Source: Eledone cirrhosa (taxonomy: Eukaryota). From it: a stretch of DNA of 64,000 nt. The notes beneath the pieces are model-generated. The model was not told where the DNA came from and did no database searches. It was given only the letters and a program-made list of their open reading frames with translations. Both the position numbers and the translations under genes were made by a program. Shown here piece after piece: positions 49,936-61,900 of this stretch (position 1 is its first letter; every line of letters begins with the position of its first letter). Where the stretch lies: positions 75,020,001 through 75,084,000 of the forward strand of contig OZ024745.1 in the NCBI GenBank assembly GCA_964016885.1, written 5' to 3'.

Positions 49936-52900
49936 GGTGGCAGTAGTGGTGACAATGAGAAACAGAGTCCAATGAAATTTCATTCAAACTTACTGTATCT
50001 TTTTGATTGGGATTTTCTTTTTCTGTAAACTCTCAACCATGCCTTTCTCTTCATTGGGCAGCAGAAATAATAAGGACTCACCATTCTTTTTGTATCTGAG
50101 AAAAAAAAATGATAAAGAAAAGCTGCTCTACACCAATTTAAAACAAGCAGTGAATGGGCAAAATTGTTAGAATGTTGCTTTTAAGTGTTTTGTGGTATTT
50201 GCTTGGGCTCTTTGCACTCTTAGTCCAAGTCCTACTCAGGCTCTCTGCACTCTTAGTTCAAGTCCTGCTAAGGGTCAACTTTGCCATTCATCCTTTCGAA
50301 GTCAATAAACAAAGTAACAGCCAAGAACAGTGGACATGTGAAATTGTCAGATTGACAAATGGGATGCTTTGTGGTCTTTGTTATAGCTCTTTGCATTCTT
50401 AGATGAAATTCTAATTTCATACCCTGCTCAACTCACACTTGGCCAACACCGACAGGTAGGCCTAAAGAACCAACATAGTTGCTGAGGCTGCAGTTGATCG
50501 AAGAATGGCTGGGTGTAATATATGTGTAACCCATGCTAATACCAAGGACAGTGGATTAACAGAATTGATACAGCAGTGGTAAAAAAATACTTTACAGTAT
50601 TGAATTACATTTCTTTATGATCTAAGTTCAAATCCTGCAAAGGTGAAGTCTGTCTTTCATAGCTGCACTACTTCTTCCCAACATCAAAACAGTTTTGACA
50701 TACACATTTCCAATTACAAAGAAATCAGTTTAAATTGAATCTTACCTTGCAGTACGCCCCACTCTGTGGATATAAGTGTTTGCATCTTCTGGGCAGTCAA
50801 GTTGGATGACCCAGTTCACTTCAGGTATATCTGAATAAAAGAAGAAATTAAATTTTCAATTTAATGGCTGACCAACCAAATGTTTGTTGTGAATATAAGC
50901 ATGGCTAAGTTGTTAAGAAGTTCGCTTCTCAATCATGAGATTCCAGGTTTGATCCCATTGTGTAACATCTCAGTCAAGTGTCTTTAGTATAGCCTCAGAT
51001 TGATCTAAGACAATGTGAAATTGGATAAATGGAAACTGCGCAGGAGCCCATTGGATGGATTGTGTCTGTATTTCAAAGATTCAGCCTTGTCACATATTGT
51101 ATCATGCTGATTTGACTTGAGAATTAGATTAAAGGTAGACATGTCAGTAGAATACTCAACCAGTACTTACACACTAATCCACAAGTTGGACATTTATTTG
51201 GTCAAACAACTGAATGCTTAGATTGATCATCTGTCAAAACTGGCAGATGATCCATCTTCAGAAATCACTGCAGTTCTAAGTTCAAATTGTGCCACAGCTA
51301 TTGTGTTGTGCTTGTAAGGTCCTATATTTTATTTAACTTAATAACAGAAAAACAGATACCATAAAAACATCATATTTGTGTATAGAGTTGGAAGAGGAGA
51401 GAAGTATATTTGGTTGCATACTGTCAATTCTAAGAACACACAGAATTGATCAGTGATTCAGGAGAAGAATATTTCTTGTTCAGTGAAACAATATCACTGA
51501 TGGAAACTGTTTCATATATGCAGTGGCAGCCATGTCTTACATTAATAAGGATTTCTAAATTAGGAACAAAGTCAGCAAAATGATTAAATCAACCCCAATA
51601 CTTGACTGGTACTGTATTTCATTGACCCTGGAAGTTGACTTCGGCAGGATTTGAATTCAGAATATAAAGAACCAAAACAAATACCACAATGGTATTTTAT
51701 CTGACGTAAAGATATTTCATATATTCAATGGAGGCACATGGCTTAGTGGTTAGAGCATTGGCCTTGCAATCGAAAGGTTGTGAGTTCAATTCTCAGACCA
51801 GGTGATGTGTTGTTTCCTTGAGCAAGACACTTTATTTCACATTGTTCCAGTTTACTCAGCTGTAGAAATGAGATGATAGGGACTGGGGTCCATATCATTC
51901 CACTGCAAAGTGCTCGTGGAAGTGCCACAGCAAAAAAGCACCCAGCCCACACTGTAAAGTGGTCGTGGAGGAGCCACGGCAAAAAAAAAGCACCCAGCAC
52001 TCACTGTAAATGAGGTTTGTGTTAGGAAGGGCATCCAGCTGTAGAAATCAAGCCAGAATCAGTTCCCGTCCCACCCTTGCAAGCAGGGAAAAAGAGGACG
52101 TTAAATGAAATGAAATGAATGAATTGATAATTCTCTCTAACATTGGCACAAGACCACCAATTTGGAAGAAGGGGAAAGTTAATTATATTGAACCTAGTAC
52201 TTAACTGATACTTTATTTTACTGATCCCAGAAGGATGAAAAGCAAAATTGACCATGGCAGAATTTGAAATGAGAATGTAGAAAGTCGTAACTAAATGTTG
52301 CAAAGCCTTTTGTTTGACACTCTACCAATACTGCCAAGACAGATCAAATACCAAATCAATATTGAGCTGATGCCCCCAATATATATCATTGATCTGTACC
52401 TTCCAATGATACTGAGTAGTAGGTGGACCGACACCACCAATATATATTATTGATCTGTACCTTTCAATGATGTTGAGAGGTAGGTGGATTGTGTTACTGA
52501 GAATTTAATCTTTTTCTCAGAGTCACAACATAACACTAATAAACAGTGTAAAAGACATAAGCTACAATTTTTTTTATTGACATATATAATCTTTTCATGT
52601 GAAATCTACTCATATAATACTCTTAAGAGTATTATGTCAAATTATTTAATGCAAGTGATTATTTCACTAATGGTCAAATCATCAATGTCATTGCTTTTAT
52701 ATCCATTTTCCCATGCTCACATGGGTTAGACAGGTCCTCTTTCTCTATTTGTTTCTTTCCTTTGTGAGGTTCAGTATTCTGAGATGAGGTCTCACCACCT
52801 CGGCACAAGTGGTGAAGCCTGATCAATGGTTTCTTCCACTTGTAAACTCTTGGTACATCTTTATCTAAAGATCATCACCTATGCACATTACATGGCTACA

Positions 52901-55900
52901 CCATCACAATCTTTACTCTTGCATGCTAGATATGATTATTTGGTTCCACAGTTATGAATATAAAACAACACAAAAAACAGAAAGAAGGTTTCCCCCTTTC
53001 ACTTTCTATATTTACCTAATCCACGAGCAGCAATGTCTGTAGCAAAGAGAACTACATGCTGCTTGAAACAAAACTGTTGAAAGACTTCCATCCTTTTACG
53101 TTGTTTCATCTTACCGTAGAGAGCATGGAGGGAGATACCTGGCCGCATTTGACACAATGCTTTGAAGACATAACGGACCTGTCAGATGAAAGAGAGAAAA
53201 CAGATCGGTCAAAGGTTAGCCTGGTGATGGATGGACAGAAAGAGAGTAAGGTTGGTAAATGGAGAGCAAAGAAGGCGAGTCTAGGTTACAACAGGCCATT
53301 TTCACAGCTAAAGCTGAGGTTAATCTGTTGGGCCCCATGACAGACTTCATACTCCGTATGGAGTCATTGAGTTGTGAATAAAATATTATTAGTGTAGTTA
53401 ATACGAAGCATCTTATTAAAACACACAAAAGAGTCCAAGTTAAAAATTAGGCCCATTGTTTCTGGCATAAATGGTCCTTTCTTCAAAATATTTTGGCTTC
53501 TGAAACCTCTCCTTCACACTTACCCCAGACATGTAGATAGATCACAAGTAATCAACAGACTTAAAAAAACTTAACCCCACCACACTTGGATAGGATAGAC
53601 ACTACCCATTTAGTTTAGATGTAGTTTCCCTCTACATCTCTGCCCCCCACCTCCATCGACTTAATTACAGACAACATCATCACCTCTACCGACCTCAATT
53701 GCTTTGGAATGCTGCTCTCTACCATCATGTGCATGGATGATATCCTTATGTTCACTTCATCACATGAAGAAGCCGTCAAAATTTGCAACATCTTTGAAAA
53801 CGTAGAAATTTGAGGTTGAGCACCTAGACACCACTGGATCCCAATACCTACTTAACTTTACACTAAGAGTCACAGAGGAAGAATCCATATATACACCAAA
53901 TTTTACAAAAGGGATACATGCAGAGACATTTTTGTGCACAATGACTTTGCTCTTCCCTACAGAGCCAAAATGGCCTGTATAAGGAATGAGATTGCCCAGA
54001 TACGCAACATATGCAGCAAGGGTGGCGACAGACATTTCTCACCAAACACCAAAACAGCAATACTTAAAAGAACAAGGAGGATATGCACCCCTAGAGCTAA
54101 CAGATGCTACCTAAAGCTGCCACATTTCAATGAGAAGATGACAGCTTCCATCAGACAAGCCATCCACAGAGTGGGACTGAATATATGGCTAGTGCACTCG
54201 AGATCCTCATTGAGAAACTGCTCCAAAGACACTGACCCACATACAGTGATATGTGCACACTTCCTAATTGTCCCATTAACACTGCGGAAATGTGCATGAG
54301 AGCATATGTGGTCACATGTAAAATATGTAGCTCCTCATACATTGGAAGTACTATCCAGATGCTCCACATAGAATCATGGAGCACATGACGATGAGAGCTT
54401 TTTCTGTTAAAAACATCTTGATATGCCTCAGCCAAGACATTGAGGTTGCCATCAAGGTGACAGCAAGGAATATAGGCAATTTAAGAATCAAAGAGGCCAT
54501 TATCATCAACCAGAAAAGACTACAAATAAATAATAGATTGGAAATGCATGAGGCAGACTGGATGCAGTAGCGATTTCAAGCATGTGTATTTGAGAAATGT
54601 TGGCCAGTTAAGGAAGAACAAATTGATCATTATTTTGTTTTGAATTGTTTCAGTTCTACATTTGAAAAGAGGGTATTAGCCCTGAAATATGTTGAAATAC
54701 ACTGGTTAAAGCATTAATTTGTTGTTTTAATTGTCATCATTTGCCCTTTGTATTTTTCTGCCACATTGTACTGGTTTTTTGAAAATTATTGGTCTTTTAT
54801 AAAATATTTATTGTTTGACGAGATTCAAAGCCTTACAAAGGAGGATAAATAAGAGTTTGTGATATTTAATACTTTTCTAAGACAATTAGCCATACAAATG
54901 ACTAATGGACCTTGAACAAAGTTGTTGTTGTTGCAGTTCACACCTATGTAAATTTACCTGGCCTCTTACGAGGTTGCATCTCACAGGAAGTTTCTTGAGT
55001 GTCTTGAATTGAACTTCAATCATTGAGAACTTAATGCATACTTATCATCAATGAAATGTTAAGATGAAAGAAAAATTAACCCACCTGACTACATGTGCTC
55101 AGAAATACAAGAATTTTTTGTTTTAAATGCTTCTTCAGAAAAGACCAGAGGACTGTCATTTTTTCTTCCAGTTCACAGGTTATATAGCTCTGAAAAAATT
55201 ATTTTAAAAATAAATAGATATTATACATATAATACATAAAGTCACAAAATCACATGAAGGCAAAATATATAGAAATGTAGAATTATAATCATTCCATAAT
55301 GAGACAATGCGGGAGCATCTGTGTGGTCACTCAACCTACTAGAAGTAGCAGCTAAATCTCTTTCATATGATGATGGATCTTTCCATCAATTTGGACAATG
55401 TGTATTCAATTGCTTGATTAACTAAATGTCCAATTTGTGAATTAACATGTAAGTGGTTGTATAGGCACGTGTACACTTAACCCTTTCATGACCACATTTC
55501 TAATGAAATACACACTATTTTGAGGGATTTTTACTAAAATTATTAATTATTCCATTACTATAATTGTAACTTAATGTAAGTTTCTTATATAAAATTATGT
55601 TGGAAGATTTTTATTTGAATTGGAAACCTTTAAAATGGGTGGTTTTATTTCATAGAACCAGAGCCGGTTTTGGCCGGGTTGATAACTAAAGGGTTAATGT
55701 AATTCCCAAACTGAATCAACATGACACAATATGTGACAAGGCTGCACCTTTGAAATACTGGTTCAATGCCTCAGGCAACCTTCCATAGTTTCCTTCTATC
55801 CAATTTCACTGACAAGACTAAAGTGATAGAAGAGAAGCACAGAAGATGAGTGACTGATGAGAAGGTAACAAAGGGAGGAGGAGTGCTGTGGTCAAAGGTT

Positions 55901-58900
55901 TGTTATATATATATATATTTACCTGAACCAGCTGTGAAGGTGTGCTTTCTTCAGCAAATTCATCAACAGAAACATAAAAGAGATTGTCTTTGTTTAAACT
56001 GAGACGGGCAAGATCTTTCACTGACCTACATGATAGGAACATAAAAATGAGTATTAACAACAAAGCATGTTTTAAAGTCATTTCTTCTGTTAAAGCAGAG
56101 TTCAGGCTTGCAGACTCCATACTCATCATGGAGCAATGTTTTATAGCTGGATGCCCTTTTTCGTGTCAAACCTTTTGTGCTCATGACTTCTTTTCAGGGC
56201 CTCAAAAGCTGAAAGAGAAGAAAGTATCCTCAAACTGGAAACCTGACTTGAATGCTTGCAGCAAGGTGGGCTCTGCTAAAGTCACTCAATGACCAAGTGA
56301 CAGTGGATTAAGTGTAACTGCCTGCCTCCTCCACCAGTTTCAGAGGCTTTTGATAAGATCAAAGATGCTGCACTTCTAAGTCATTAATAAAAATATATAA
56401 AAGAAAAGAGAGAGAAATGGTGAGGCAAACTTTTAATTCCATAAACTTAGTTTCTCTTATTCTAAGAGACTCATCAGGCAGGAGTTTATCCGTTTCACTG
56501 ACATTATACGAGTGTGAGAGTACAGTCCCTCCCTCCCTCCTTAGATGGGACACCAGTCCATTACAGAGTTAACCCCCAACTAGCAGAGTGAACTGGAGCA
56601 CATTGAGAAACGATGTGTCTTACTGAAGGACACAATGCACCACCTGGTTCAGGAATCAAAGCCACAACTATATGGTTTTAAGCCAAACACGAAATTATTC
56701 TAACCACTACAACAAACAATCCTTGCTGTCATCTATTTTGAGGACTGCTAACTCTTGTATTTCTACTGTCTTCTCCCCCCCCCCCCCCAAAACTTATTTT
56801 TGAGATCATGGGGGCAGGGTCTTCAAACATTACTTCCAGCAGGTCCAGTTAGAAGCAAATGTCTCCAAGACCAGCCAAGCTTATCTGTCTTGAGTTTCAA
56901 TTTTTGCCAAGATTAACTTCAACCAATTACCCTTTTCAGAGTTGATGGGTTCATAAAATAAATTCCAGTTATATAATGGAGTTGATTCAACTTACTATAT
57001 CATCCTTTTGCCTTCAAAGCTATTGACATTTCATGTTCTGTGTGATCATAGCCAGTGCCTGCATATTTGGTGCTCTTTGTTAGCCCTACAATGTGCATCT
57101 TCTCCCAAATAAAATAATTTAGCAAGCTGACAAATATAGCTTTGACATTTCTTGCCCTGATAACGAGAAAATTACTAAGGCAGCATTTTCTACTACACAT
57201 TCCACACTCACCCATATCAAATCATGTTACAGGTCATAACACTATATGACCCTCTCCAACACTTTAGATATTTCCACAACATTGCTATATGGCAAAATCG
57301 TTTAGTGATTTATTTATTGACTGCAGCAAGTTATTATATGCTAAATTAATTATACAAGTTTATATTGTCCTTAAGAAGGGCATCCAGCTGTAGAAACCAA
57401 GCAAAACTGAGAGCTTCACCACTTGCTATAACCTGAGAGCAGTGAGTTTTTCCTCTTTCTTAAAACCTAACTGTTAAAGAGGAATGAATATGAATTAAAT
57501 CAATTTCATTGGTCTCAGAAGTCACGTGAGCTCCCTACCTTCAGACCATCACCACCTTTATTTTTACAGCCACTGAACAAACCTTTTTTGAGGCAGTATT
57601 TTATGACTGAATGCCTATCTTGACACCAACCGTTACTTCATTTCACACATAGTACTTGAAAACAGGTAATGTACCAACTGATCTTCACAAGTTGAAATGC
57701 TGAGCTGCAAGACCTATTGTTTATGGGGGACATAAAAAACAGACCAAACAAACTGTCTAAGTGATATCAATGAAAAGACACACAGGATTCCCCAGTTTTT
57801 GTCCACCAAATTTCACTCACCTCATTGGTCAGCCTTAGGCTATAATAGAAAACATTTGTCCAAGGTGTCACATAGTAGGATTGAACCAAAGACCACGTGG
57901 TTGCAGAGCAGACTTCTTCACCAAATAACAAAAAAACATTAATAAAATAGATTTTATTAAAAGAAAACAAGTAATAATCCAAGTTATCACAGGCTCAATT
58001 TGTCCTTACTTTGTTTGTGTAGCAGAGAACAGTAATGTCTGCCTAGATGGTGGTAGATTTTCCAGGATGGCATTCATTGTTTCAGCAAACCCAAGGTCCA
58101 GAATGCGATCAGCTTCATCCAGAACTGGAAAATGAAATATTCCCATAAGACTATATTGAATGGAACAATTAATAATTGTTTCTATTTTAGGCACAAGGCC
58201 AGCAATTACCCAGTGCATTAATGGTTGATGATTTAGGCACAAGGCCAACAATTTGAGGTAAGTGGACTGTAAAGTTGGTTATATCATCCACCACCCTATT
58301 AATAATAATAACAGTTTCTTCAGGAGAGGGAAAAGTCGATTAAATCGACCCCAGTGCATCACTGGTGCTTTATTTTATCAATCCTGTAAAGATGAAAGGC
58401 AAATCCAACCTCGGCGGGATTTGAACTTAGAATGTAAAGGGACGTAACTATTTGTTACAAAGCACAACACCCTAACAACTAGGCCACATATCTCAGATGG
58501 TAATGTTGTCAACTAATATTTTTTTAGTTTTGCTTTAGGTCAGGCATAGGTAATCTTTATTGAGCAGTGAGCCACATAGGATGTGGCTCATCATAAGGCA
58601 GGCACACTACTAAAAGATTCAAGGCAGTTTTGAAATTAGGCATTCCATTCAGAAACCCAAATAGACTGTAGTTTGCCCATGACTGCTTTAGGTATTAATC
58701 ATAAACAAGCTTTTGGAGCATTGTGAGACAAAGTTAATGTATTTTATCATGTATGACACAAGAAATTTTGAACTATAATTAGGAGTACAAAAAAGGAAAG
58801 GGTTGTATTATGCAGGAGTACATGATTTTGGAAATTTTCATTGAGTTTAAACATACTCATTTCAAATGTTAAAATTGAAAATACGAGTCTACGCCATGCA

Positions 58901-61900
58901 AATGGGAAAATGAACGTTAAACGCTGATGATGGTGTGGTGATAATAATTGTTAATAAATGATATTTGATATATTGGCAATATTTGTTATTTGGGAATCGG
59001 TGTAATTTAACGTTGTTTGTCTCAAATATAGAAAATTAAAATACTAATAAAAGGACTACACAAGTTGTCATGTTTGATAACATCATCATTTTACATCCGA
59101 TTTTCCCTGCTTGCAAGGGTTGGACTTCTTATAAATTACTAACTATTGATAAAGTACAGATTTTTTCCCACTTGAAGTTGTTTATTAAACATTTATTCCT
59201 GTTTTGTGGGTTAAAACAAATTATTAAAAATTAAATTTTCAATGTATAACTTTCCTTATCAAACTGGGAGGGAAGGTGGTGATGAATATACTCTCTAAAA
59301 GAGGGCAGTAGTCTGGAAAAGTTTGAGAAATTTGAGGATTAGATGAATTATGATGACTTGTTTCAAATTTAGCTGTTCCTTTAGCTGTTCCCATAGGCAG
59401 TGAATTGGCAGTATTTATTTCCACTCTCTGAATTCAAATCCCGCTGACGTCAACTTAGATAAAAAAGGTACCAGTTAAGTACTGGGCCGATTCTTCCCCT
59501 ATATCTTTTTCTCACTTCTATTCTCTCTCACACTATCCTTCTCTGGAAGAAATCTGCTGTGTTCAAACCTGGAGAGGGATTGGCTCTGCCAGGTTTAAAA
59601 ATGCCCTAGAAACGCTGTATGTTAATATGGCACCCCTATGACTCCCTCAGGAGTTACGGGATTTTAGAAGAGTTCAAATCTGCTAGGGAATCTTTAATAA
59701 CTTTAACATGCAGCTGGTGGAAATGGTACAAAAAGTAGTGACTAATTAGATGATTTATGATGTTTTGCTTGAAATTTTACTTTTCTGAGTACATTTCAGG
59801 CCATGGCTAACTTGGATCAATCAGGAACAATAAAATTAAAAAAACATTCTCTAATGTTTATTCAATTGACTATATTATCTCTTCACCACACCAGTGTTGT
59901 CACAGGTCTCAGACTGCAAAGTGTTAGAATAGATATGCAAGGCATCCTGTACAACTCTAACAATTCCACTAATCTACTAAACTGGACTGGTATTTTATAA
60001 ACCCTGAAAGGATGAAAGGCAAAGTTGACCTTGGAATTTGAACTCAGAAAGCTGGAACAAATACCAATGCAAACTTTGTTTAGCCCTTTTATTACTATAT
60101 TTCTAATGAAATACACTGCCTATGATTTTCAAGTAATTTTCAAAATAATCAAGAATTTTCATTATTCATCTGGTGTTTGGAACATAACAAAAGTCATTTT
60201 GTAAAATTATGATGTAAGATATAAACATCTTAATAAACTGCTTTGTATTGAAGAACTGGGAGCAATTTCAGGTGTCTTGAAAGTTAATAATAAATATCTT
60301 TCTTTGGATGTGATAATAAAATAATAAAAAAATAAAGTGACTTACTGAGTATTTGCAAGTTATGGGCATTAAAGTTAGGTGTCTCATCCATATGTTGGAG
60401 AAGTCGTCCTGGAGTACAGATAACAATGTTGGTATACATGATCTGTTTTGATTCTTCTTTCAGATTCTATATATATGTATGAATACAAGAGACAAAAATA
60501 TATATATTAAATATAAAATGGTGGATGAACAAATTGAAACAACACAGAGTATAGCGGACCCTTTGGTCCTGTCAAGGACTTGGCAACACCTCTAGGTTTA
60601 GTGTCATGTTAAAAAGTATCCAGTACACTCTGTAAATGATTGGTGATTGAACAGAGACAATTTACAGTAGAGAAGACTGTTCAGTTTTAGCAAGTATATG
60701 ACAATCTCACTAGTGCTGGTGCCTTGATAAAATCCATTCGTCCAACACGCTCTGTAAGTGGCATGGTTTCTATAGCTACATACCGTTTCTAGCACCAGCA
60801 CTAGAGTTTGTCCTGCCCTCACCAAGACTAAACACTCTACTGTACTTAACATTATCTTCATTTGATCAGCAAACACTTTATAGTGAACTGGGTGCATTTT
60901 ATCATGAGACCAGTACTACTGCCCCACATAGTTTTTGGGGTGTTTTTTATTGAGGCATCAGCACTAGAGAGATTCCCATATCCCCATCTGATCACCAAAC
61001 ACTTTACAAAGTGTACTGTAAAATAAGAATATAAGAAAACATATAACTTACCATCCCGCCAACAGTTAGACCAGCAGAAAAATCATGTTGTTTACCAATA
61101 CGTCGAAGAACTGCAAAAGTCTGATAAGCAAGCTCCCTAGTTGGAGATATAACAACGGCACCTAATCCATCTAGATTTGTCCATTTTTGGCAGTAGAGAC
61201 ATTCAAGAAGCTGAAAAACAAAAACAATTTATATTGACACTTTTCTAACCATATTTCTTATGAAAGACACTGCCTGTTCTTTTAATCTTTTTAAAAATAA
61301 TCAAGAATTTTTTTTGGAAGGATTTAGTAATATAATTAACTTTCTCATTATTACTATCATGTTCAGAACATAAATGTTTTTACATAAAATTATGATAGAA
61401 AGGTTCTAGATAAATATAGACATTATAAACCAAACAACTTTATATCATAGAACAAAGGGGCAGTTATCAAAAGGGTTATCAAATTTAAAAACAACCCAGC
61501 ACAAAAAAAATCCATCTCAAAATTACTTACAGGAATGAGAAAAGCCAGTGTTTTACCAGATCCAGTTTTGGCAGCTGCAAGGACATCATGCCCCTGCAGA
61601 GCAATACCTATGGATTGCTTCTGAATCTCTGTTGGTGTTATGAATCTAGAATTGGTTAGCCCTGCAATGATAAAAGAAATCTTACTCTGAATTATGTCAA
61701 AGACATGACACCCCCACCCTCAGTGTTGGTGCTACAATAAAATGAACTCAGTAGAGATGTGAGCCCCTAGACTGTCTGAGCACACAGCAGAGTGTGCGAA
61801 AATATGTAAGATATAAGCCTTTTGTCTTCCTGAGCAGCCAGTAACTTTGCCTCTTATAACAGTCCATCCAGCCCTTACTAGCAGGGAGAATGGGCATTAA

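Noticed and set aside
56440-56500. CTGATGA-stem-GAAAC on the - strand (similar at about 6980 on +) as a hammerhead
   Set aside because: It is the family-B SINE 3' tail (ggataarctcc..ctgatgag); no proper stem I or cleavage site
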